Part shown: piece by piece, positions 18,708-28,376 of the stretch
Position numbering within the stretch: the stretch's first letter is position 1
Layout of the letters: the number at the start of each line of letters is the position of its first letter
DNA from: an uncultured beta proteobacterium
Lineage (GTDB): Bacteria; Pseudomonadota; Gammaproteobacteria; Burkholderiales; Nitrosomonadaceae
DNA: 64,000 nucleotides
Direction: 5' to 3'
Assembly (NCBI GenBank): GCA_900696615.1
Contig: CAADGS010000116.1
Span: forward strand, 148 to 64,147
The notes under the pieces: model-generated
Databases searched by the model: none
Seen by the model: only the letters and a program-made list of their open reading frames with translations
What the model was told of the DNA's origin: nothing
Position numbers and translations under genes: made by a program

Positions 18708-19538
18708 CTAACCATATAGTTGCCGTTTCAAACCGCATCGGTCCAGTATGGTGGCGCTGATTTCTTCGATTGAAATGCGTGTCGTATCCAAATAGGGGAT
18801 ATTGAACATGCGAAACAGTGATTCCTGCCACAGTATTTCTTGCTGGCATTGTAGCAGCGAAGCGTACTCGCTATTCGGGTGACGTTCTTGGCGGATGAAA
18901 TGGAGTTGTGACGGATTGAGCGTAAGACCGAATAATTTATTTCTAACCTTTTCCAATACTCGGGGTAAATTTAAGGCAGACATATCTTCTTGCGTCAATG
19001 GATAATTGGCTGCCGCAATACCATATTGCAATCCCAAGTAGAGACAGGTGGGAGTTTTGCCGCAGCGGGAAACCCCGATCAAGACAATATCCGCTTCGGT
19101 AAAATTTTTTGGATTAACGCCATCGTCGTGTGCCAACACATAATTGATGGCTGCGATCCGCTTGAAATATGACAAATGATGCTGTAAACCATGCGAACGC
19201 CCAGCCACGCGTACAAATGGTTGTTGGAGCTCTTTTTCGATTGAACGGATAAAAGTTTCAAAAAAATCAAATATGCAACAATTCGCTTGCTTAATAACAG
19301 CCAGAATTTCCGGGTTCAGCAGAGTGCTAAATACCAGTGGGCGATGACCGTCGCAGGCAATAGCCTGGTTAATTTGTGCCAGCACGGTCTCCGCTTTGTC
19401 GATATCGTCCAAAAAGGGTACGTTGATGACTTTCCATTCTATACCGTCAAATTGAGTCAATAAACTGTGTCCTAACGTTTCTGCAGTGATGCCGGTGCGA
19501 TCAGACAAATAGAAAACGGTGCGTTGCTGTCTACCCAT
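18708..19538 (-). CDS. ppsR: PEP synthase regulatory protein (bifunctional kinase/pyrophosphorylase)
   Basis: RTVFYLSDRTGITAETLGHSLLTQF N-terminus and GVSRCGKTPT P-loop. Start overlaps the ppsA stop (TAATG). Confidence 0.9.
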   Translation of the reverse strand: MGRQQRTVFYLSDRTGITAETLGHSLLTQFDGIEWKVINVPFLDDIDKAETVLAQINQAIACDGHRPLVFSTLLNPEILAVIKQANCCIFDFFETFIRSIEKELQQPFVRVAGRSHGLQHHLSYFKRIAAINYVLAHDDGVNPKNFTEADIVLIGVSRCGKTPTCLYLGLQYGIAAANYPLTQEDMSALNLPRVLEKVRNKLFGLTLNPSQLHFIRQERHPNSEYASLLQCQQEILWQESLFRMFNIPYLDTTRISIEEISATILDRCGLKRQLYG

Positions 19539-21916
19539 TATTTATTCAGACTAGCGAGATAGAGCCATGTTTCCATTACCGAGTCGGGATTGAGCGATAA
19601 GCTGCTGATGCCTTGCTCGTAAAGCCAGGCTGCAAAATCCGGATAATCCGAAGGCCCTTGTCCGCAGATTCCAATATACTTTCCTTGTTTGTGACAGGCA
19701 TCGATGGCCATTTTGAGCAACTTCTTGACGGCCGGATTACGTTCGTCGAATAGATGTGCAACTAAAGCGGAGTCCCGATCGATACCAAGCGATAGTTGAG
19801 TCATATCATTGGAACCGATGGAGAAGCCATCGAAATACTGTAAAAATTCTTCTGCGAGTAAAGCATTGCATGGGATTTCACACATCATGATTACGCGTAA
19901 GCCGTTTTTGCCACGCTCTAGTCCATGCGAAGCTAGCAGTGCTACGACTTGTTCGGCTTCTTCAACTGTCCGGCAAAATGGCAGCATTATTTCGACATTG
20001 TTCAAGCCCATGTCATCGCGTACTTTGTGCAGAGCTCTGCATTCAAGCTCAAAACAATTGCGAAAAGCAGTCGATAAGTAGCGCGATACGCCACGGAACC
20101 CGATCATCGGGTTTTCTTCATCGGGCTCATAACGGCTCCCGCCGATCAAATTGGCGTATTCATTTGATTTGAAATCGGATGTCCGGACAATCACAGGATT
20201 AGGATAAAATGCTGCCGCAAGCGTTGAGATGCCTTCGGTTAGTTTTTCGACGTAGAAACTGATTGGGTCTTCATATCCAGCGATCCGTCTGCTGATCTGA
20301 TTTTTTAAGTCATTGGGCAAACTATTGAATTGCAGTAGTGCCATTGGATGAATGCCAATCATATTGTTAATGATGAATTCCAGTCGCGCCAGACCGATGC
20401 CATGATTGGGCGTGCCGGAAAACGAGAAAGCATGTGATGGATTGCCGACATTCATCATAATTTTAATAGGTAGATCAGGGAGATTGCCGGTTTCGGCGGT
20501 AATGTGTTCAAAAGGTAGTAATCCTTCGTATACATAACCGGTATCGCCTTCAGCGCAGGAAACTGTCACTTCTGAATTGTCTCTGATGAGCATGGTTGCA
20601 TCGCCACAACCGACCACGGCGGGAATACCCATTTCTCTTGCAACGATGGCGGCATGGCAGGTGCGTCCGCCGCGATTGGTAACAATCGCGGCAGCGCGTT
20701 TCATAATAGGTTCCCAATCAGGATCGGTCATGTCGGTTACCAGTACATCGCCTGATTGAATTTTGTGCATTTGCTCAATATTCATGATTATGCGCGCTGT
20801 TCCCCGGCCAATTTTATTTCCAATGGCACGCCCCTCAATTACTATTTTCCCCTTGTTATTGAGTTTGTAGCGCTCCATTACCGTTTTTGTTCGACTTTCC
20901 ACAGTTTCCGGACGTGCTTGCACGATATAAAGTTGTCCATCTCGGCCATCCAAAGCCCATTCGATATCCATGGGACGGCCGTAATGTTGCTCTATGATGA
21001 GCGCTTGCTGTGCCAACATTTCAACCTGTTCATTCGTCAAGGAAAAGCGCATACGCCGCTTGGTGTCGACATCACGTGTAATTGTGGATCCGCTCATATC
21101 CTCTTTGCTATCGGCGTAAATCATTTCGATGGCCTTAGTGCCTAATCGACGTGACAAAATTGCAAGTTTTCCCGCTGCCAATCCACGCTTATAAACATAG
21201 AACTCATCGGGGTTGACGATTCCTTGTACTATGGTTTCACCTAGGCCATAAGCAGAAGTAATGAAAATGGCATCGCGAAAACCCGATTCAGTATCCAGTG
21301 TAAACATGACGCCACTGGCACCAAGATCGCTGCGTACCATTTTCTGAATTCCTGCCGACAGATAGACTTTGTCGTGCGGAAATTTTTGATGAACGCGATA
21401 GGCGATGGCGCGATCATTATAAAGCGAGGCAAAAACCACTTTGATTGCTGCAATGATCTGATCGATTCCGCGTACATTTAACAATGTTTCTTGTTGCCCA
21501 GCAAATGAAGCATCTGCGAGGTCCTCAGCGGTGGCCGAGGAACGCACTGCAAATGAAATTTCATCGGAATTATGGTCATTGGCCATAAGCTGTTTATACG
21601 CTTGAGCAATTGCATTTAAGATAACGTCCGGCAATGTGGCGTTAAGAATCCATTCCCGTATAGTCTGGCCCGTTACAGTCAATGCATTGATATCGTTGAC
21701 ATTCAGTTTATTTAATAATTTGTTGATGCGATCGGTCAGGCCGTTGCTGGCTAAGAAATCCCGGTATGCTTTTGTCGTAGTTGCAAAACCCGTTGGTACT
21801 TTAACACCAGCTTTGGAAAGATGACTGATCATTTCTCCCAACGAAGCGTTTTTACCGCCAACAAGGTTGATATCATCCATAGTCAATTGATCTAACCAGG
21901 CTATGTATTCAGTCAT
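19538..21916 (-). CDS. ppsA: Phosphoenolpyruvate synthase
   Basis: 792 aa. [31 protein letters not shown] phosphohistidine region, C-terminal PEP-utilising TIM barrel. Confidence 0.95.
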   Translation of the reverse strand: MTEYIAWLDQLTMDDINLVGGKNASLGEMISHLSKAGVKVPTGFATTTKAYRDFLASNGLTDRINKLLNKLNVNDINALTVTGQTIREWILNATLPDVILNAIAQAYKQLMANDHNSDEISFAVRSSATAEDLADASFAGQQETLLNVRGIDQIIAAIKVVFASLYNDRAIAYRVHQKFPHDKVYLSAGIQKMVRSDLGASGVMFTLDTESGFRDAIFITSAYGLGETIVQGIVNPDEFYVYKRGLAAGKLAILSRRLGTKAIEMIYADSKEDMSGSTITRDVDTKRRMRFSLTNEQVEMLAQQALIIEQHYGRPMDIEWALDGRDGQLYIVQARPETVESRTKTVMERYKLNNKGKIVIEGRAIGNKIGRGTARIIMNIEQMHKIQSGDVLVTDMTDPDWEPIMKRAAAIVTNRGGRTCHAAIVAREMGIPAVVGCGDATMLIRDNSEVTVSCAEGDTGYVYEGLLPFEHITAETGNLPDLPIKIMMNVGNPSHAFSFSGTPNHGIGLARLEFIINNMIGIHPMALLQFNSLPNDLKNQISRRIAGYEDPISFYVEKLTEGISTLAAAFYPNPVIVRTSDFKSNEYANLIGGSRYEPDEENPMIGFRGVSRYLSTAFRNCFELECRALHKVRDDMGLNNVEIMLPFCRTVEEAEQVVALLASHGLERGKNGLRVIMMCEIPCNALLAEEFLQYFDGFSIGSNDMTQLSLGIDRDSALVAHLFDERNPAVKKLLKMAIDACHKQGKYIGICGQGPSDYPDFAAWLYEQGISSLSLNPDSVMETWLYLASLNK

Positions 21917-22104
21917 CGAGAACTCCTAGAAACTCAAATTTTTTTCTTATTATAGCGCCCGGTTATGAGAATTACTGATGAAGATGCGTAATTTTAGTAT
22001 CGAAAAATGATGGTGAATGATCCGGAAAGCAATGCATGCGGGTTTTGTGCCGGGTGTAACGAAATCTCGCATTGCATACGTAGCGATATAATTTGCTCGA
22101 GTTT

Positions 22105-23463
22105 TTAGAATGGCAAGATAAAATCTAGGGAAAATAAAATTTGATCCTTGTTGCCGTCAAATGGCCGATAGGATGCTGCTTTGTAGGCATCTACCCTATC
22201 GTAACGGATATTTGGGCGAATATTGAGTTTCTTCAAATAATCCCACTTCAATTTGAATGTCTTGGCCATTTTCCAGTTTAAGCCTACTGTCAAGGCATAA
22301 TAATCTGCTGGCGTAATGGTGACACTGCTGAGCTTGCCCGCATAGCTGACAGCTGAGCCATTGACATCCTGGGTTGCCGCGGCTATCCGGAAAGGGGAAG
22401 GATTACGGAAACCATCTTCATCACGATACCACTCACCGCGAATACCTGCTGACAAATTATCCGTTAGATCATAGTACAAATGTGCTATGGCACTGAACCA
22501 CTCGGCATCTTTAATGGCATTCGTGTATTTTAAATTATTGAGCAAAACGCCACCGGCATGACCATATACTTGATGCAGAACAAGAAGCATTTTTGAAGTG
22601 ATTCGATGTTTCAATACTATGTTATAGAATCCCCAAGGCTCATTACTTCGTGCTGAGGTGTCGCCGTAAGTGCCGGAAATATGGAAAGATGTCGCGCGAT
22701 TGTCACTGGTCCAGGTAAAACCGGCGAGCACGTTCCAGTTTTCAAGCTGTTTGTCCCATCCAGCATCCCACCCACCTGTGGCGCTGCCGGTTATAGGGCC
22801 TGCCAACAGCAACCAATTTTTATTAACGGTATAGTTAGCGAGTAATCCTGTATGTGTAAAGGGTTCCCCGACGTTTAAGGTATAAGCGCGGGTGTAAAAG
22901 AAATTATCAGGTGCTGGCACGGTTTCGAAACCTGTCGGGGTATAGAAGTGTCCTGCTTTGATATTGAGGCCACCTCCTAAAGGTAAATACATTTCCAGAT
23001 AAGCTTGTGGCAGTGCAATGCCGTAGGTTTTCGAAGAAGCGCAGCATAAATCGAGATCCCAGTTACTTCTTTTTAAAGGCTCTCCAGAGTTAACATCATA
23101 AGTTGGAACGCCAAATGCTTGTGTAAATATCGAGTCTGTTCCAAACATAAAATCGAAGCGCCCTCCAAGATCCCATTTCCTGCCTTCCGAAGCAACCGGG
23201 CGCCGCATAAACAGATTTAATTGATTCAATTGAAACTGATTGGCTTGGTCGGCAAAGATGACTGGACCATTAAAACCACTAGTCTGGCTAGGATTGAAAG
23301 TTGCTCCGCCGTGAATCCAGCCGCCGAAATCCAATTTGCTGGTATTAAGAAATTTTCTAAAATTGTTAGCGTACGTGTCATCGGACGGTATTGCTATAAA
23401 AATAAGAATGCTGCCAGTTATGGCCGATAACGGCCATCCTGTGAATTTTAAAATGTAGTGCAT
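22105..23463 (-). CDS. Outer-membrane beta-barrel (porin-like), paralogue A
   Basis: Signal peptide. Alternating beta-strand pattern. C-terminal ...LFSLDFILPF ends in Phe. Long identical blocks shared with ORF 24380-25729. Confidence 0.75.
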   Translation of the reverse strand: MHYILKFTGWPLSAITGSILIFIAIPSDDTYANNFRKFLNTSKLDFGGWIHGGATFNPSQTSGFNGPVIFADQANQFQLNQLNLFMRRPVASEGRKWDLGGRFDFMFGTDSIFTQAFGVPTYDVNSGEPLKRSNWDLDLCCASSKTYGIALPQAYLEMYLPLGGGLNIKAGHFYTPTGFETVPAPDNFFYTRAYTLNVGEPFTHTGLLANYTVNKNWLLLAGPITGSATGGWDAGWDKQLENWNVLAGFTWTSDNRATSFHISGTYGDTSARSNEPWGFYNIVLKHRITSKMLLVLHQVYGHAGGVLLNNLKYTNAIKDAEWFSAIAHLYYDLTDNLSAGIRGEWYRDEDGFRNPSPFRIAAATQDVNGSAVSYAGKLSSVTITPADYYALTVGLNWKMAKTFKLKWDYLKKLNIRPNIRYDRVDAYKAASYRPFDGNKDQILFSLDFILPF

Positions 23464-23788
23464 TTAAGAGGCTTAGAATGATTGGGAAAGAAAAATATAA
23501 CAGCTGGTCTGAACGGGATTAGAGCGTCTGCGGTAATTCATTGTAATGATACGGTGATTTATTTAGAAAAATAGGTGAATGCAATTATAAACACTTTATC
23601 GAATAATTCCCATTATTGCTTTTTAATCAAGGCACAACACATAAAATAATTAACTTTGATCTCAATTTGGGTGTAACAATCGATTTTGTAAGATTAGTAA
23701 CATTTGCATTCAGTATTTCTCAAATTATTACTAACAATTTGCGCTTAGGATAAATAGCTTAGATATCTTAATCTTACCTGAAAAATGG

Positions 23789-23832
23789 TTAATGGTTTCT
23801 ATTAGTGAAAAACAATGGTTTCCCCAATATAC
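23789..23832 (+). promoter_or_regulatory. Conserved 44-bp upstream module, copy A (TGGTTTC half-sites plus -10-like TATAC)
   Basis: TTAATGGTTTCTATTAGTGAAAAACAATGGTTTCCCCAATATAC lies 60 nt upstream of ATG 23893. 33/44 positions are invariant across the three copies. Confidence 0.55.
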
Positions 23833-23892
23833 GGATGATGTCTATCAAATTAACATGGCACCATTCGATGAAATGTTTGGAGGATATTCATC

Positions 23893-24312
23893 ATGAGAAC
23901 ACTAAAATTATTAATTTCACTGTTTACGCTAGTTATGTTGGTGGCTTGTGCTCAAATGAATTCTTCGTTAGTTGCACCAGCCGGGATTGCAAAGAATGAT
24001 CATCATGCACTAATGAAGCATTATGAAGGTTTAGCGAAGCAAGCAAAAATTAAATTAGAAGAAAATAAAGCGATACTTGAAGCTTATGAGGCACGGCCAT
24101 ATTACTATGGTAGGCAAGGGTTGGATTTACAATCGCACACCTCAGCCAATATTCGTGAGCATACAAAAACTTTGAATCAAAGTCTTGAGTTTGCAAACTT
24201 ACATCGAAGATTAGCTATGGAACAACAAAAGAAGTTAAAACAAGCAGTTGATGAAAATGACCGTAGTTTAACCGTCGAGAACTCGGAGTATTCTGATAAC
24301 AAAGGGCTTTAG
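23893..24312 (+). CDS. Small exported helical protein of unknown family, lipoprotein variant (paralogue A)
   Basis: Lipobox LVMLVAC. Core NDHHALMKHYEGLAKQAKIKLEENKAILEAYEARPYYYGRQGLDLQSHTSANIRE is shared with 26113-26499 and 26810-27190. GGAGGA RBS. Confidence 0.7.
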   Translation: MRTLKLLISLFTLVMLVACAQMNSSLVAPAGIAKNDHHALMKHYEGLAKQAKIKLEENKAILEAYEARPYYYGRQGLDLQSHTSANIREHTKTLNQSLEFANLHRRLAMEQQKKLKQAVDENDRSLTVENSEYSDNKGL

Positions 24313-24331
24313 TGACAAGGCAGTAGGTAGA

Positions 24332-24364
24332 CTGACATTCACTGATTTTTTCAGTGGATGTCAG
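24332..24364. terminator. Hairpin between convergent genes (small protein A and porin B)
   Basis: CTGACATTCACTG-ATTTTTT-CAGTGGATGTCAG, a 13-bp stem with one G:T pair and a T-rich loop/flank. Confidence 0.5.
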
Positions 24365-24379
24365 ATTTATACTTTCTAA

Positions 24380-25729
24380 TCAAAAAGGCAATATAAAATC
24401 CAGGGAAAATAAAATTTGGTCCTTATTACCAGCAAATGGTCTATAAGCGGTAGACTGATAAGCATCTACTCTGTCATAGCGAATATTGGGACGAATGGTT
24501 AGTTTCTTGAGCGAATCCCATTGAAGCTTTAAAGTTTTGGCCGCTTTCCAATTTAAGCCTACAGTCGCTGCGTAATAATCTGCCGGAGTAATCGTAACGC
24601 TACTAAGATTGCCTGCATAACTGACCGGTACACCATTGACGATATTAGTGGCTGCTGCGATTCGGAAAGGTGATGGATTGCGAAAGCCATCTCTATCGCG
24701 GAACCATTCTCCGCGCACACCTACTGATACATTTTCCGTGAGATCGTAATATAAATGCGTAACGAAACCCATCCACTCAGTATCTTTAATAACATTTGTA
24801 TATTTCAGATTATTCAATAAAATACCATCAGCAAAACCGTGCACATGATGCAAAACTAACAGAGTTTTTGGATTAAATTTGTGTTGAAAAACTATGTTGT
24901 ACATAGCCCATGTTTCGTTGCTTCGGGTTGATATTTCTCCATAGGTACCGGTTATATTAAATGAAGTTGCATGATTGTCACTGGTCCAAGTGATTCCGCC
25001 AACGCCTCCCCAATTGCCTAGCTGCTTATCCCATCCTCCATCCCAGCCGCCGGTGGCACTTCCGGTAACGGCACTTCCGGAAACTGACCAATTCTTGTTA
25101 ATCACGTAATTGACTTGTAAACCGGTATGTGTGAATGGCTCGCCTGCATTAAATGAATATGCGCGTGTGTAGAAAAAATTATCCGGTGCCGGGATTGTTT
25201 CAAAACCTGTCGGAGAAAAAAAGTGTCCGAGCTTGATGTTTAGTCCGTTCTTTCCAACTGGAACGTGAGCTTCTAAGAAAGCTTGTGGCAATGCGATACC
25301 ATAAGTTCTTGAGGATGAGCAGCATATATTAAGATCCCAATTGTTTCTACTCAGTGCTTCACCTGAATTTACATCAAAAGTTGGTACGCCAAATGCTTGT
25401 GTAAAAATGGCATCAGTTCCAAACAGAAAATCAAAACGTCCACCAAAATCCCATTTATTAGTCTCTGAAATAACCGGGCGTTGCAGAAATAAATTAAGCT
25501 GATTTAACTGGAAACGATTAGCCTGATCGGCGAAAGCAACTGGGCCATTAAAGCCATTGGTTTGGCTCGGGTTAAAAGTTGCGCCGCCATGAATCCAGCC
25601 ACCGAATTCTAATCTGCTGTCTTTCGCAAAATTTTTTAGAGTGTTAGCCTGAAGCGTGCCGGATAATCCAGTAGTGAAAAAAAGCGAAGAGAAAATTGTT
25701 GCTAATAACAGCCATTTCGAGGAATTCAT
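24380..25729 (-). CDS. Outer-membrane beta-barrel (porin-like), paralogue B
   Basis: Signal peptide ...GTLQA/NT. Same conserved blocks (GGWIHGGATFNPSQT, DNFFYTRAY, GEPFTHTGL, KDQILFSLDFILPF) as paralogue A. Confidence 0.75.
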   Translation of the reverse strand: MNSSKWLLLATIFSSLFFTTGLSGTLQANTLKNFAKDSRLEFGGWIHGGATFNPSQTNGFNGPVAFADQANRFQLNQLNLFLQRPVISETNKWDFGGRFDFLFGTDAIFTQAFGVPTFDVNSGEALSRNNWDLNICCSSSRTYGIALPQAFLEAHVPVGKNGLNIKLGHFFSPTGFETIPAPDNFFYTRAYSFNAGEPFTHTGLQVNYVINKNWSVSGSAVTGSATGGWDGGWDKQLGNWGGVGGITWTSDNHATSFNITGTYGEISTRSNETWAMYNIVFQHKFNPKTLLVLHHVHGFADGILLNNLKYTNVIKDTEWMGFVTHLYYDLTENVSVGVRGEWFRDRDGFRNPSPFRIAAATNIVNGVPVSYAGNLSSVTITPADYYAATVGLNWKAAKTLKLQWDSLKKLTIRPNIRYDRVDAYQSTAYRPFAGNKDQILFSLDFILPF

Positions 25730-26053
25730 TTATCAATGACAAGTAAATTTGTTGAATATTAATAAGCCAATATAAGTAGCCGCGCTTGTTCAAAACATGG
25801 TCTACCTAGTAATTATACGATGCCATCACTCAACCATTTTTTCATTTGGATGTTATCTTTTGTACAACTTTTTCATAACCATTATTTTCCGTTTATTAGT
25901 ACTAGCTGGTTCGGTCTAGTTTCTTATTTGGTTTTGAGATGCGCTTCATCTCTATGATTAGCAGAACAAATATAATTGTTACAGCAGATAGAAAAGAGCA
26001 GATGTGATTGGTGGTGCAAAATAATAATTGGAAATTATTTTCTACTTATATAA

Positions 26054-26087
26054 ATAAAAAAACAACCACAGGCAAGCCTGTGGTTGT
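26054..26087 (-). terminator. Rho-independent terminator of small-protein gene B
   Basis: On the minus strand: ACAACCACAGG-CTTG-CCTGTGGTTGT followed by a T-run. Located 26 nt after the stop. Confidence 0.75.
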
Positions 26088-26112
26088 CCGCTTACTACCC
26101 TTAAGCGTTATC

Positions 26113-26499
26113 TTATTGTACTGTCGTATAATTATCTAAATTAAGCTTGGCTTTATTGATAGCATCACTATTTTGTTGATCCATCGCAATGCGATGATGT
26201 GTATCCGCGTTGCTTAAACTTTCAGCCAACAATTTTTCATATTCGCGGATATTTGCAGTTGTGTGTGATTTAACATCTTGGCCTTGACGTCCATAATAAT
26301 AGCTATGGTTTTCATATTCTTCTAATACTGCTTTATTTTCTTGTAATTTAGTTTCCGCTTCTTTGGCGAGAACTTCGTAGTGTTTTGCTAAAGCGACATG
26401 ATCATTATCATCAATCCCGTCTACTTCTGCTGCAAAGGCTAAAGAAACAGTTAGACTGAGTGCGAAAATTAACACTGCTAAAATTGCCGACTTTTTCAT
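26113..26499 (-). CDS. Small exported helical protein of unknown family (paralogue B)
   Basis: Signal peptide ...SLAFA/AE. Core DNDHVALAKHYEVLAKEAETKLQENKAVLEEYENHSYYYGRQGQDVKSHTTANIREYEK. Confidence 0.7.
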   Translation of the reverse strand: MKKSAILAVLIFALSLTVSLAFAAEVDGIDDNDHVALAKHYEVLAKEAETKLQENKAVLEEYENHSYYYGRQGQDVKSHTTANIREYEKLLAESLSNADTHHRIAMDQQNSDAINKAKLNLDNYTTVQ

Positions 26500-26556
26500 G
26501 ATGACTTTCCCCGGGTAATAAATTATGTCGACATAATAATTTGCCCAGCAAGTTTA

Positions 26557-26600
26557 GTATATTAGGGAAACCTTGGTTTTCTTCTAAGGGAAACCATTAG
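26557..26600 (-). promoter_or_regulatory. Conserved 44-bp upstream module, copy B
   Basis: Minus strand: CTAATGGTTTCCCTTAGAAGAAAACCAAGGTTTCCCTAATATAC, 57 nt upstream of ATG 26499. Confidence 0.55.
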
Positions 26601-26758
26601 ATGCTAAGCAATTGATTTTGCAACATGGAAAGAGTGTTCTCAAGGTCGAAAGTTTAGTGATTGACAATTCTTGCTCTGTATTGGGTGCAAGCATGCAAGG
26701 TAGCAGGCGTGTTTATTTGCTGGAAATAGCGGTAATCAGTGTTTCATTTAAGCTCAAA

Positions 26759-26790
26759 TAAAAAAAACCACAGGCCTGCCTGTGGTTTTT
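26759..26790 (-). terminator. Rho-independent terminator of small-protein gene C
   Basis: Minus strand: AAAACCACAGG-CAGG-CCTGTGGTTTT followed by a T-run. Near-identical to the terminator at 26054-26087. Confidence 0.75.
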
Positions 26791-26809
26791 CGCTTAATAT
26801 CTTAAAACC

Positions 26810-27190
26810 TTATCTTATTTCCGTGGAATCATCGAAATTTAACTTAGCTTTGCTGATTACGTTGCTGTTGTGTTGTTCCAGTGCGATTCGATGGTGCAAG
26901 TCAGCGTTGCTCAAGCTTTCAGCTAATTGTTTTTCATATTCGCGAATATTCGCAGTTGTATGGGATTTAAGATCTTGACCTTGGCGACCATAGTAGTAAC
27001 TATGATTCTCATATTCTTCCAGAACTGCTTTATTTTCTTGTAACTTGACTTCCGCTTCTTTGGCAAGAAGCTCGTAGTATTTCGCTAAAGCGGCATGATC
27101 GTTATCATCAATTCCGTCCACCGCAAACGCTGAAGATACTGGCAAGCTTAGTGCCAAGATGAGAGCTCCTAATAGTGTTGGTGTTTTCAT
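26810..27190 (-). CDS. Small exported helical protein of unknown family (paralogue C)
   Basis: Signal peptide ...SSAFA/VD. Core nearly identical to paralogue B. Confidence 0.7.
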   Translation of the reverse strand: MKTPTLLGALILALSLPVSSAFAVDGIDDNDHAALAKYYELLAKEAEVKLQENKAVLEEYENHSYYYGRQGQDLKSHTTANIREYEKQLAESLSNADLHHRIALEQHNSNVISKAKLNFDDSTEIR

Positions 27191-27247
27191 GGCAATTTCC
27201 TCAAGTGATGAATGAATGGTGCCATATTAATTAGGTAAACCCATTAA

Positions 27248-27291
27248 GTATATTGGGGAAACCCTGGTTTTTTTATAAGGGAATCCATTAG
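27248..27291 (-). promoter_or_regulatory. Conserved 44-bp upstream module, copy C
   Basis: Minus strand: CTAATGGATTCCCTTATAAAAAAACCAGGGTTTCCCCAATATAC, 57 nt upstream of ATG 27190. Confidence 0.55.
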
Positions 27292-27451
27292 TTGGTTGCG
27301 CCTAGTACTTGAAGTTGAACGGAAATCTTGTCTTGAATGTGTGATTGTGGCGTCTGTATGGTTGTTAGATTATTGATGCACTGGGAAATCGGAATCATCG
27401 ATTTAACAGATGTGATCATCCATGATTCGGCCATTAACTTTATTGCTGGAT

Positions 27452-28276
27452 TTATTTCCTTCGCGATTTGTGTTCAGTATGATTCCGTAGTTTATTGCTT
27501 TTGCCGCCAGACCACGTGAGAACAGCTATTCCTGCCAAAATCATAGGAATGGACAACCATTGTCCCATGGTTATTCCGAAAGTCAGTATACCCATAAAGC
27601 CTTCTTCAGGCTCTCGATAAAATTCCGCGATTGAACGTAAAATTCCGTAACTAATCATGAACATGCCAGTAATTGCGCCGGTTGCTCGTGGTTTGGCTGA
27701 ATACGCCCAAATAATGATGAATAACACGATACCTTCGAGTACTGCCTGATAGAGTTGAGAAGGGTGGCGAGGGAGTTCGTCGACATATGGAAAAACCATA
27801 CCCCAGGGAACGTCGGTGGAGCGGCCCCATAATTCAGCGTTAATAAAATTGCCAATCCGACCCGCACCTAACCCAGGTGGAATGAGTGGGGAAATAAAAT
27901 CAGTGACAGTAAGCCATGATATGCGGTATTTACTCGCCAATAGAACCATTGCGATAAAAACACCGAGAAATCCGCCATGGAATGACATGCCACCTTCCCA
28001 GATTGCGAATATTTTTAGTGGATGCTCCAGATAATATCCAAATTGATAAAATAAAACGTGACCGAGGCGTCCGCCGATTATTACGCCAAACATGCCATAA
28101 AACAAAGCATCGTCAAGCATTTCATGGGTAAATCCGGACTGTGGATTGTGCTTGATGCGATAACGTCCGAGCAAAATGAACGCTATAAAACCGAGCAAGT
28201 ACATCACACCATACCAGTGTATGGAAAGTGGCCCTACGGATATGGCTACAGGATCAATTTGCGGATGGACGAGCAT
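27452..28276 (-). CDS. lgt: Prolipoprotein diacylglyceryl transferase
   Basis: [25 protein letters not shown]-terminus and [10 protein letters not shown] motif. 274 aa membrane protein. Confidence 0.95.
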   Translation of the reverse strand: MLVHPQIDPVAISVGPLSIHWYGVMYLLGFIAFILLGRYRIKHNPQSGFTHEMLDDALFYGMFGVIIGGRLGHVLFYQFGYYLEHPLKIFAIWEGGMSFHGGFLGVFIAMVLLASKYRISWLTVTDFISPLIPPGLGAGRIGNFINAELWGRSTDVPWGMVFPYVDELPRHPSQLYQAVLEGIVLFIIIWAYSAKPRATGAITGMFMISYGILRSIAEFYREPEEGFMGILTFGITMGQWLSIPMILAGIAVLTWSGGKSNKLRNHTEHKSRRK

Positions 28277-28376
28277 AGTTTATGACCTTATTTACGGTAA
28301 AATGGTTGCCATTATACCAAGTGCGATAAAGTACACCGGGATATAAGCCGAATTTTTATTTCATTCAGGAGTCAGT

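Noticed and set aside
23789-23864. Reading the TGGTTTCC module or the leader TGGCAC (ATGGCACCATTC) as a sigma54 -24/-12 promoter
   Set aside because: The required GC (TTGC) element is absent at the correct 4-5 nt spacing after TGG(C/T)(A/T)(C/T) in all copies. Copy B lacks TGGCAC altogether.
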